A model generated the notes under the pieces. It ran no database searches and had not been told where the DNA came from. It was given only the letters and a program-made list of their open reading frames with translations. This document shows positions 12,025 to 20,135 of a DNA stretch of 64,000 bases, one piece after another. Both the position numbers and the translations under genes were made by a program. The stretch comes from Planctomycetota bacterium (GTDB taxonomy: Bacteria > Planctomycetota > UBA1135 > GCA-002686595): the NCBI GenBank assembly GCA_023150475.1, contig JAKLKU010000009.1:75375-139374 (forward strand), read 5' to 3'. How positions within the stretch are numbered: position 1 is the first letter of the stretch; each line of letters opens with the position of its first letter.

Positions 12025-13200
12025 ATGATCCACGCTCCGCGCTCCGTTGCGTCGCTCGTTCCCGCGCTGTCGCTCGTCGTCCTTTCCGCGTGCCGCGACG
12101 GCGAGACGGAAACGACTCGCGCGATCGCGATCGTGCCGTCGCCACTCGCCGCCGCGGGCTGCACGGGCCCCGATCAGGTCTTCACGGCGCCGCAGACGCC
12201 GAGCCAGGTCGCACTTGCCGTGCTCGACATCGGTCCGACGTCGCAAGTCTGCGCGGCGGGGGACTCGGAGACGCTGTTTGCCACGGGCGATCAGGCGCAA
12301 GTCGTCGCGCTCGACGTTTCGGGCGGCGCCCCGGTCGAGACCGAGCTCGTCGCGGCCGGCACGATCGCAGCGTTGCTCAACACGCTCGGCGTGACGTCGC
12401 CGCCTGAGCTCGGTGGCATCGCAGTGCTCGACGCCGACACGTTGCTCGTGATCGAGATGACTTCGAACACGATCCTCTCGGTCGATCGCACGACGCCCGA
12501 CACGGTCGAGCTCTGGGCCGGTTTGCCGTCGGAGACACCGGGTTTCGCCGACGGGCCCGCGGTCACGGCGACCGCCGACTGTCCGCTGGGCTTCGCGCGT
12601 TTCGGATTCACGACGCCGACCGCGCTCTGCCCGACCGGCACGACCGGCGGAAGCGTGTACGTCGCCGATCCCGCGAATCACGCGTTGCGGCTCGTTTCCG
12701 GCGGCTGCGTGACGACGGTGTGCGGGCTCGGCGCGCCGCAGTCGCTCGACGGAACGCTCGGGATCGCGGGCTTCGACACGCCGGTCGGGATCTCGACCCG
12801 CTGCGCGGGTGCGTTGCTCGTCGTCGAAGCGGGCGGCAACAAGCTGCGCGAGCTCGGCTTCACGTCGGGGAGTTTCGGCGTGTCGGGCTCCGTGACGACG
12901 CTCGCGGGCGACGGGACCGAAGCGACGACGCAAGGCGACGGTGAAGCGGCACAACTCGCGGCGCCCGTGTCGGTGCTTTCGACGAGCGAAGGCGACGTGT
13001 ACTGGCTCGACTCCGCGACCGGCATCCTGCGGCGCATGTCGGGGGCGGCGGACTCGGTCGATTGCCCGCTCGCCGTCGATTGCGCGAGCGCGATCGCGGA
13101 CTTCACGCCAGGCGGAGTGCTCTCGCTCTCGCAGACTCCCGCCGGCGCGCTCTACGTGCTCGACGCCGACGCCGACACGCTCTTCCGCGTCACGCCCTGA
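12025..13200 (+). CDS. Lipoprotein with NHL-like beta-propeller repeats
   Basis: Lipobox 'LSLVVLSACRDG'. Repeated '...VYVADPANHALRLV...', 'LLVVEAGGNKLREL' and 'DVYWLDSATGILRRM' motifs resemble NHL repeats. Confidence 0.5.
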   Translation: MIHAPRSVASLVPALSLVVLSACRDGETETTRAIAIVPSPLAAAGCTGPDQVFTAPQTPSQVALAVLDIGPTSQVCAAGDSETLFATGDQAQVVALDVSGGAPVETELVAAGTIAALLNTLGVTSPPELGGIAVLDADTLLVIEMTSNTILSVDRTTPDTVELWAGLPSETPGFADGPAVTATADCPLGFARFGFTTPTALCPTGTTGGSVYVADPANHALRLVSGGCVTTVCGLGAPQSLDGTLGIAGFDTPVGISTRCAGALLVVEAGGNKLRELGFTSGSFGVSGSVTTLAGDGTEATTQGDGEAAQLAAPVSVLSTSEGDVYWLDSATGILRRMSGAADSVDCPLAVDCASAIADFTPGGVLSLSQTPAGALYVLDADADTLFRVTP

Positions 13201-13231
13201 GCCACGTGCAACGCACGCGGCGGCGCGCACT

Positions 13232-14995
13232 ATGGCGCGCGTGCTGGCGTCGCTCGGTCTCGCCGTCTTCGCGTGCGGATCTCCAGGACCGAGCTCCGGG
13301 CCGCGGTACGTCGATCCGACGACGTACGCATCGCCGAACGGCGAGCACGAGCTCCGCGTGGATCCGTCGAGGCACTTCGGTGCGGGCCCGGCGCGTTATC
13401 GCGCGAGCGTCGGCACTGCGGTCGTGTGGGAAGGCGAGCTCCCGTGGACGCTCTTCGACGCCGAAGTCGACGACGACGGTTGGACGATCGGCTGCGCGTA
13501 CACCCTCGGTGACACCAGCTTCCCCGAGCGTGGCAGCTTCGGCGACGTGCACCTGGTGGTGCTCGCACCCGACGGGTCGGTCATGGTCGACCTCGTCGAG
13601 CCCCGCATCGCGCTCAAGTACGTCGACAGCGGCCCCGAACCGAGCGTCGAACGCTTCGTGCTGGCTCGTGAGTTCGATCGGGCCGTTTTCGTGCTGTGTG
13701 GACACGCGGACCGCGACGTCGGTCGACGTTGGTGTTCCGCGCGGATCTCGGACGGTGCGAGATGGCCCGACGTCGACTTGCAGGCCGCGTTGAGGACCGA
13801 AGTGCGCGTGCAGCATCCACTCGGATTGCGTCGCTTGCCGGGAACGCCGTGGCTCCTCGCGCAGTACCACACGGGGCGGCCGTACGGCGGCTCGCTCACG
13901 GTGCTCGTCGATCTCGACGGGCACGAGCTCTGGTCGCGCTTCGACTCGGCCGAGTTCTCGACGGCGAAGGGACCCGTGGCGTTGCCGTGGCTCGACCGAC
14001 GGCAAGGTTCGCTGTCGATCACCGAGCCCGGACGCTTCTCGCTCGTGTCGTTCGTGCGGCGCGAGCGCGAGACCTTCGCCGTCGCACTCCGTCCGACGCT
14101 CGCTTCCGGGCCCACCGTCGAGAGCGTCGCGTGCGAGGAGTTCGACACGGAGGCCTTCGTGCTGCGTGCGGCGCAGCGACCGAGCGACGTCGAGCTTCCC
14201 GTCGCGCCGTTCGACTTGGAGCTCGTCGACGTGCAGGCGCTCGAGCTGCTTGGTCGACGTCAGACGGAGCTCGTCGGCAGCGACGGACACCAGCGGCTCT
14301 TCTTCGCCGAACGTCGCGGCATCGAAGTGCTCGAACTCGCGCTCGACGGCCAGTTCGTGCGCGCGTGGCGCGCAGCAGCGGACACGCGCCGCTTGGATTG
14401 GGCGAGTGTCGAGTTCGTTTCGGTGACCGCCGACGGAGGGCTGCTCGTGCAGACGCACTGGGACGAACGTCAACCCGCGTGGTCGTTCGCCGCCGACGGC
14501 GGCTTCGCGGGCGAGCGCGCGACCTGCGGCATCGAGTGTCCGCGTGCCGATGGCGCGAAGTGGGTCACCGGCCACTACGACGTGCGGCTCGAGGCGGCGG
14601 ACGGGACCGAGCGCGTGCGGCGCTCGAGGTCGGCGAGCGGTCGTTGGCTCGGGAACCAGTTCTTCGGCGCACGGTCGCTCGGGCCCGACGGCTCGCTCGC
14701 CGTGCAAGGTCGCGAGCTCGCGCTCTTCGGTGCCGACGGTGAGCCGCGCGCGGCCGGTGCGTGCCTCGGCTTCCCAGGTGCGACCATCGCCAACCGCGGC
14801 GATCGGGTCTTCGGATTCCGCGACGGCCGTGTGCTCGTCTTCGATGCCGCGACGGGTTCGACCTTCCAATGGGACGTCCGCCGGGACGTGCCGCCCGGCG
14901 CTCGGCTCGCGCCGGTGTGGATCGAAGCGCGAGGGGAGCTCTGGCTCGTCGACGCACCCGGTGGATACGCGCTGCGCTACCGCCCGAACGGCTGA
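13232..14995 (+). CDS. Hypothetical lipoprotein (no family recognised)
   Basis: Lipobox 'LGLAVFACGSP'. Non-shadow amino-acid composition over 587 aa. Same strand as, and 31 nt downstream of, the previous lipoprotein gene. Confidence 0.55.
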   Translation: MARVLASLGLAVFACGSPGPSSGPRYVDPTTYASPNGEHELRVDPSRHFGAGPARYRASVGTAVVWEGELPWTLFDAEVDDDGWTIGCAYTLGDTSFPERGSFGDVHLVVLAPDGSVMVDLVEPRIALKYVDSGPEPSVERFVLAREFDRAVFVLCGHADRDVGRRWCSARISDGARWPDVDLQAALRTEVRVQHPLGLRRLPGTPWLLAQYHTGRPYGGSLTVLVDLDGHELWSRFDSAEFSTAKGPVALPWLDRRQGSLSITEPGRFSLVSFVRRERETFAVALRPTLASGPTVESVACEEFDTEAFVLRAAQRPSDVELPVAPFDLELVDVQALELLGRRQTELVGSDGHQRLFFAERRGIEVLELALDGQFVRAWRAAADTRRLDWASVEFVSVTADGGLLVQTHWDERQPAWSFAADGGFAGERATCGIECPRADGAKWVTGHYDVRLEAADGTERVRRSRSASGRWLGNQFFGARSLGPDGSLAVQGRELALFGADGEPRAAGACLGFPGATIANRGDRVFGFRDGRVLVFDAATGSTFQWDVRRDVPPGARLAPVWIEARGELWLVDAPGGYALRYRPNG

Positions 14996-15146
14996 CGGCC
15001 GCGGACGGCCGGTTCCAAAGGGGCACGTCGGGGCCGGGCGGCGCCGCACGAACCGGACGCCGACGGTGCGACGCGGCAGGACGGCCAGTCTCGCCCCGCA
15101 TGGTTTCCACTCGCTCGGCTTGATCTCCGGCTGACGGAAGGATCGA

Positions 15147-15173
15147 ATCTCGCGCCGTGAATCGCCGCGAGAT
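15147..15173 (+). promoter_or_regulatory. Perfect 8-bp stem hairpin (ATCTCGCG-11 nt-CGCGAGAT) in the 394-nt leader upstream of kamA
   Basis: Inverted repeat read directly from the sequence. It lies in a long non-coding gap (14996-15389) before a metabolic operon. Confidence 0.25.
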
Positions 15174-15389
15174 GGGTGACAGCGCGCCGCTTGTGGAAGC
15201 GCCGGTCGAGAGGCCGGAGCTCGACGCGCCCCCATCGAATCAGCCTCCACCGTTCGGGCGGAGTCTGCGACCGGCGAGCTTGCGTTGCGCGCGCCATCCG
15301 TGGCTCGTTTCGAAGCGCGCGACGCGGGCGAGATCACAGCGCATCGGCCCCGAATGCGCGCTCGGAACGAGGATCACACGAGCCCTTCG

Positions 15390-16922
15390 ATGAAGCTCGA
15401 GTCTCCGGGTCCGGCGCTCGGCCGACGCGTGGTGCGTCGCGGCCGAGAGCACTACTACCCGCACGTCACCGACGCCGAGTGGCACGACTGGCGTTGGCAG
15501 TTCCGCCACCGCGTCACGTCGCTCGCCGACCTCGCGCGCTTCCTCACGATCCCGCCGGAGGAGTGGAAGGCGCGCGAGCAGGTGCTCTCCGACTTCCGGA
15601 TGGGCATCACGCCGTACTACCTGTCGTTGATCGACGCGGACGATCCGCGCGATCCGCTGCTCCGGCAAGTCGTGCCGCTCGCCGAGGAGAACCTCTTCCG
15701 CGCAGTCGGCGACGAGGACCCGCTCGGCGAAGAGAAGTTCTCGCCGGTGCCCGGCATCACGCATCGTTATCCCGATCGCGTGCTGATGGTGCTGTCGAAC
15801 AACTGCGCGATCTACTGCCGCTACTGCACGCGCAAGCGGACGATGTACGACGGCGCGACGCCCGACGTCGAGATCGACCGCATGGTCGATTACATCGCGC
15901 GGACGCCGTCCGTGCGCGACGTCGTCGTGTCCGGCGGCGATCCGCTCAACTTCGCGACGGCGAAGCTCGACGCGATCCTGACGAAGCTGCGCGCGATCCC
16001 GCACCTCGAGATCATCCGCATCGGCACGCGCGTGCCGGTCGCGTTGCCGCAGCGCATCGACGACGAGCTCTGCGAGATGCTCGCGAAGCATCACCCGCTC
16101 TGGATCAACGTCCACTTCAACCATCCGAACGAGTTGACGCCCGACGCCGCGCGCGCGTGCGACAAGCTCTCGCGCGCCGGCGTCCCGCTGAACAACCAGG
16201 CCGTGCTGCTGAAAGGCGTCAACGACGACGTCGCGACGATCAAGGCGCTCTGCCACGGGCTGATGAGGATGCGCGTGCGGCCGTACTACCTCTATCAGTG
16301 CGATCCGGTGCGCGGCGCGGAACACTTCCGCACGCCGATCTCGAAAGGCATCGAGATCATCGAAGGCCTGCGCGGGCACACCAGCGGTCTCGCGGTGCCC
16401 ACCTACGTGATCGACGCGCCGGGCGGCGGCGGCAAGATCCCGGTGCAGCCCGACTACTTGCTCCAGTACGACCGCGAGCAAGGCCGAGCGCTGCTGCGCA
16501 ACTTCCAAGGCAAGCTCTACGAGTACTTGGAGCCGCGCGCGAACGAGGACGTGCTCGTGCCGGTCGCGCCGCCGATTCCGGCGAGCGCCCAGACGCCGCC
16601 GATCGTGCTCGCGGGCTCGAACCGCAAGCGCGCGGAGCCGGAGTCGAACGGCAAGGCGCAAAGCGCGAACGGCAACGGCCACGCGAGCTCGAGCCCCGGG
16701 GCTACGAACGGCGCCACGAACGGCGCGAGCAACGGCGCCACGAACGGCGCGAGCAACGGCGCTGCGAACGGCGCTGGCAACGGCGCCATGAATGGCGCGG
16801 GCAACGGCGCCGCGAGCTCGGCGAAGAACGGCTCGGCGCCGGTCGTCGGCAAGAGCAAGTGGGTGCACCGCGGCTCGACCAAGGCCGAGCGCGCGGCTCG
16901 CGCGAAGAAGCGCACGTCGTAG
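15390..16922 (+). CDS. kamA: L-lysine 2,3-aminomutase (radical SAM, KamA family) with ~100-aa low-complexity C-terminal extension
   Basis: 'HYYPHVTDAEWHDWRWQ' and 'ITPYYLSLID'. Radical-SAM 'NNCAIYCRYCTRKR'. 'PYYLYQCDPVRGAEHFR' and 'YVIDAPGGGGKIPV' contain the two Asp residues and the PLP Lys that are typical of lysine-specific enzymes. Start chosen at the ATG at 15390; the track ORF starts at 15285. Confidence 0.9.
   Translation: MKLESPGPALGRRVVRRGREHYYPHVTDAEWHDWRWQFRHRVTSLADLARFLTIPPEEWKAREQVLSDFRMGITPYYLSLIDADDPRDPLLRQVVPLAEENLFRAVGDEDPLGEEKFSPVPGITHRYPDRVLMVLSNNCAIYCRYCTRKRTMYDGATPDVEIDRMVDYIARTPSVRDVVVSGGDPLNFATAKLDAILTKLRAIPHLEIIRIGTRVPVALPQRIDDELCEMLAKHHPLWINVHFNHPNELTPDAARACDKLSRAGVPLNNQAVLLKGVNDDVATIKALCHGLMRMRVRPYYLYQCDPVRGAEHFRTPISKGIEIIEGLRGHTSGLAVPTYVIDAPGGGGKIPVQPDYLLQYDREQGRALLRNFQGKLYEYLEPRANEDVLVPVAPPIPASAQTPPIVLAGSNRKRAEPESNGKAQSANGNGHASSSPGATNGATNGASNGATNGASNGAANGAGNGAMNGAGNGAASSAKNGSAPVVGKSKWVHRGSTKAERAARAKKRTS
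16701..16808 (+). repeat. In-frame 12-bp tandem repeat x9 encoding (A-x-N-G)9 in the KamA tail
   Basis: Nine units read directly: gctacgaacggc / gccacgaacggc / gcgagcaacggc ... gcgggcaacggc. Confidence 0.9.
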
Positions 16923-16942
16923 GCGTCTCGCGGAGCGCGCGC

Positions 16943-17992
16943 ATGGAAATCGGGATCGCGTTCGATCTCAAGGCGGACTACGTGTCGGCTGCCGACGGCG
17001 CTCCGCCGATCGTCGGTGGCCACGCGGGCGGGCCCGGCGCACTCCCAGACGACCTCTACGAGGAGTTCGACTCGATCGCGACGGTCGAAGGCATCGAGCG
17101 TGCGCTCGCGCGTGGCGGGTACAAGACGCGACGGCTCGGCGGCGGCCGCCGCTTCCTCGAAAGCGTGCTCACGAAGCCCTGCGACCTCGTCTTCAACATC
17201 GCCGAAGGCTTCGGCACGCGCTCGCGCGAAGCGCACGTGCCGAGCGTGCTCGAGATGCTCCAGATCCCGTACACGCACAGCGATCCGCTGACGCTCGCGA
17301 CGACGCTCGACAAGGAAGTGGCGAAGCGGCTCGTCGCGTCGCACGGGCTCGCGACGCCGCGATTCGCCGTGATCGAGCGCGCGGACCGAGTGCGCGACGT
17401 CGAACGGCTCGCGCTCCAGTATCCGCTCTTCGCGAAGCCGCTCTTCGAAGGCTCGAGCATGGGCGTGCGCAAGAAGTCTCGCGTGCGCGACGCCGCCGAG
17501 CTCGCGGAACGCGTCGAGCGCCTGCTCGCGGACTACCGCGAGCCGGTGCTCGTCGAAGAATTCTGCTCGGGCCCGGAGTTCACCGTCGGACTCGTCGGCA
17601 ACGGCGCGAGCCTGCGCGTGCTCGGCGTGATGGAGATCGTCTCGAAGGCGGTGCCGCAAGCGGAGTTCGTCTACTCGCTCGAAGTGAAGCGCAACGACGA
17701 CTGGCACCTGGAAGTCGACTACCACGTGCCGCCGCGGCGCGCGCCGGAGCTCGTCGAGTGCGTCGCCGACCTCGCGCGCGGCGCGTTCCGTGCGCTCGGC
17801 TGCCGCGACCTCGCGCGCATCGACATCCGCCTCGACGGCGCGGGCTCTCCGAGGTTCCTCGAGTGCAATCCGTTGCCCGGACTCAAGCCCGGCTGGAGCG
17901 ACCTCGCGTTGCTCTGCGATCGTGCGGGCATCGAGTACGACACGCTGATCCTCGACGTCGTCCGCGCGGCGCGCGAGCGGTGGAGACTCTGA
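16943..17992 (+). CDS. ATP-grasp ligase, D-Ala-D-Ala-ligase-like (paralogue 1)
   Basis: 'CDLVFNIAEG', 'LDKEVAKRLVASHGLATPRF', 'YPLFAKPLFEGSSMGV', 'VLVEEFCSGPEFTVGLVG' and 'ARIDIRLDGAGSPRFLECNPLPGL'. The layout is Ddl-type. The gene starts 20 nt after the kamA stop. Confidence 0.8.
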   Translation: MEIGIAFDLKADYVSAADGAPPIVGGHAGGPGALPDDLYEEFDSIATVEGIERALARGGYKTRRLGGGRRFLESVLTKPCDLVFNIAEGFGTRSREAHVPSVLEMLQIPYTHSDPLTLATTLDKEVAKRLVASHGLATPRFAVIERADRVRDVERLALQYPLFAKPLFEGSSMGVRKKSRVRDAAELAERVERLLADYREPVLVEEFCSGPEFTVGLVGNGASLRVLGVMEIVSKAVPQAEFVYSLEVKRNDDWHLEVDYHVPPRRAPELVECVADLARGAFRALGCRDLARIDIRLDGAGSPRFLECNPLPGLKPGWSDLALLCDRAGIEYDTLILDVVRAARERWRL

Positions 17993-19008
17993 TGCGCGTC
18001 GCGGTGGTCTACAACCTCGACGATGCGCTGGCGGGCGGCACCGCGGAGGACGCGGTCGCGGTGCAAGCGGTGCAAGCGTGCGCGCGCAGCGTCGCCGACG
18101 CTCTGACGGCGCACGGCGCGACCGTCGCTCTCGTGCCGGTGCGGCCCGAGCCGAAACGGCTCTTGCGCCTCGTCGCCGAGCTCGACTGCGACCTCGTCTT
18201 CAACCTCGTCGAGTCCGTCGGCGGCGATCCACAGCTCGAGGCGGCGTTCGCGGGCACGCTCGAGCTCGCTGGGCTCGCGTACACCGGCTCGGGGCCCCGC
18301 ACGCTCGCGCTGTCGCTCGACAAACCGCTGACGCGCACGTTGCTCGCGGCCGCCGGCGTGCGCGTGCCGCGTGGCGCGGTGCTCGAAACGGGCGACGAAC
18401 CGCTCGCGCTCGACTACCCGGTGATCGTCAAGCCGGCGCGCGAGGACGCGAGCCACGGCATCGAGAGCGCGAGCGTCGTCGCGAGCGAAGCCGCGGCGCG
18501 CGAGCGTGCGCGGCTCGTGATCGAACGTTATCGGCAGCCCGCGTTGATCGAGGAGTTCGTCGACGGCCGCGAGTTCAACCTCGCGTTGCTCGGCGCAGGC
18601 GACGCCGCGGAGATCCTGTCGTTCGGCGAGATCGACTTCGCGTTGTTCCCCGCCGGCGTGCCGCGGATCGTCACGTACGCGAGCAAGTGGCTCGAAGGCA
18701 GCGAGGACTGGAACCGCACGCCGTCCGGCGGCGCGAAGGCGCTCACCGAGCCCGAACGCGTCGAGCTCGAACGTGCCGCGCGCGGCGCGTGGTGCGCGCT
18801 CGGCGGACGCGACTACGGGCGCGTCGACCTGCGGCTCGATCGTTCGGGGCGCGCGTTCGTGATCGACGTCAATCCCAACCCGGACCTCTCGGTGGACGCC
18901 GGCCTCGCGCTCGCGGCCCAAAGGAGCGGAATGAACCATGCCCGACTCGTCTGGCGCATCGCCGAGCTCGCGCTCGCGCGTCGTCTTGCGCGGTCTCGAG
19001 ACGCGTGA
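17992..19008 (+). CDS. ATP-grasp ligase, D-Ala-D-Ala-ligase-like (paralogue 2)
   Basis: ATGA overlap with the upstream gene (17990-17994). 'CDLVFNLVESVGG', 'LDKPLTRTLLAAAGVRVPRG', 'YPVIVKPAREDASHGI', 'ALIEEFVDGREFNLALLG' and 'GRVDLRLDRSGRAFVIDVNPNPDL'. Confidence 0.8.
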   Translation: MRVAVVYNLDDALAGGTAEDAVAVQAVQACARSVADALTAHGATVALVPVRPEPKRLLRLVAELDCDLVFNLVESVGGDPQLEAAFAGTLELAGLAYTGSGPRTLALSLDKPLTRTLLAAAGVRVPRGAVLETGDEPLALDYPVIVKPAREDASHGIESASVVASEAAARERARLVIERYRQPALIEEFVDGREFNLALLGAGDAAEILSFGEIDFALFPAGVPRIVTYASKWLEGSEDWNRTPSGGAKALTEPERVELERAARGAWCALGGRDYGRVDLRLDRSGRAFVIDVNPNPDLSVDAGLALAAQRSGMNHARLVWRIAELALARRLARSRDA

Positions 19009-19465
19009 CCGCACGCCGCTCGAACGCTTGCTCGTCGGCACGGATGCGTTCCGTCCGGACGAGATCCCGGTCGCGCTCGAGTTGATCGATCTCGGCCTCA
19101 CGCCGGGTGGCGGCGGGTATCGTTTCGTCGTCGCGGAGCTCGCGGACGACGTCCGAGGCGCGGCGGTCGTCGGTTACGCGTGTTTCGGCGCGACGCCGTG
19201 CACGCTCGGCACGTTCGACCTCTACTGGATCGCCGTCGACAAGGCGCGCCAAGGGCTCGGCATCGGCAAGCTCCTCGTGCGCGCCGTCGAGGACGCCGTG
19301 CGCGCGGACGGCGGGCGGCTCGTGCTGATCGAAACCGGCGGGAAACCTTCGTACGCGGCGCAACGCGCGTTCTACGCGTCCGCCGGCTATGTCGAAGTCG
19401 CGCGTGTGCCCGACTTCTACGAAGAAGGCGACGACCGCGTGATCTACCGGAAGAAGCTCCGATGA
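18938..19465 (+). CDS. GNAT family N-acetyltransferase
   Basis: Acetyl-CoA motif region 'IAVDKARQGLGIGKLLVRAVEDAVRADGGRLVLIET' and 'AQRAFYASAGY'. The start is uncertain: the ATG at 18938 overlaps the upstream gene by 71 nt, and an in-frame TTG at 18986 is an alternative. Confidence 0.7.
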   Translation: MPDSSGASPSSRSRVVLRGLETRDRTPLERLLVGTDAFRPDEIPVALELIDLGLTPGGGGYRFVVAELADDVRGAAVVGYACFGATPCTLGTFDLYWIAVDKARQGLGIGKLLVRAVEDAVRADGGRLVLIETGGKPSYAAQRAFYASAGYVEVARVPDFYEEGDDRVIYRKKLR

Positions 19466-20019
19466 AGCCGCAACGTGCGAAGCAGCGTCCCGGTCCGCCG
19501 GACGTCGAGAACCTCGCGAGTGCGACGTTCGATTGTGTGTTCCCGACCTGCGGCGGCGTGTGCTGCAAGAACGGCCGGCCGTCGGTCGAGCTCGACGAGC
19601 AGCGACGCATCGAACGCGCGCTCGCGAAGTTCCTGCCGCACCTCACCGAGAAAGCCCGCGCGCGGATCGAACGCGACGGTTTCGTGACCGCGCGGCGCAA
19701 GGAAGGCCTGCCGATGCTCGCCGTCGTCGATGGTTGGTGCGTGTTCGCGAACGAAGGTTGCGTGCTGCACAAGGTCGGCGCCGCGGAAGGCGATCGCTTC
19801 CGGTACAAGCCCTGGCGTTGCGCGGTGTTCCCGCTCGAACGCGACCGGCGCACGAAACGCTGGCACGTGCGTCAGTGGGGCGTCAAAGGCGAGGCGTGGG
19901 ACCTCTTCTGCCTGAACCCGCGCGAGTCACGCAAGTCCGCGGCGAAGACGCTGTCCGGCGAACTCGAGCACGCGGCAACGGTCGATCGTCGGCTCGCGGA
20001 CGACGGCCGAACGCGCTGA
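19462..20019 (+). CDS. Cysteine-cluster protein (YkgJ/DUF3109-like putative Zn/Fe-binding domain)
   Basis: ATGA overlap with the GNAT stop (19462-19465). Cys motifs 'FDCVFPTCGGVCCKNG', 'DGWCVFANEGCVLH' and 'KPWRCAVFPL'. Confidence 0.6.
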   Translation: MKPQRAKQRPGPPDVENLASATFDCVFPTCGGVCCKNGRPSVELDEQRRIERALAKFLPHLTEKARARIERDGFVTARRKEGLPMLAVVDGWCVFANEGCVLHKVGAAEGDRFRYKPWRCAVFPLERDRRTKRWHVRQWGVKGEAWDLFCLNPRESRKSAAKTLSGELEHAATVDRRLADDGRTR

Positions 20020-20135
20020 CACGCAGCGCGGCTCATTCTCGGCGCAGTCGGGGCGCGCACGGGACGCACGTTGCGCAGCGGGTGCCGCCGGCTACGATCC
20101 GGCGGCCGATTCCCGCCCCAAACGAGGAGGAGCTC

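Noticed and set aside
14996-15389. Lysine (L-box) riboswitch upstream of kamA.
   Set aside because: I could not recognise the conserved L-box core elements by eye. Only generic GC-rich hairpins are present. This needs a covariance-model scan before any claim.
16943-19465. Microviridin/graspetide-type RiPP cluster (two ATP-grasp ligases plus a GNAT is the microviridin signature).
   Set aside because: The ATP-grasp proteins look Ddl-type ('ECNPLPGL' / 'DVNPNPDL' C-terminal motif) rather than RimK/MdnC-type. I found no small precursor-peptide ORF with a plausible core nearby. The transporter is OPT rather than ABC, and a kamA gene heads the block. A sensitive HMM search could still overturn this.
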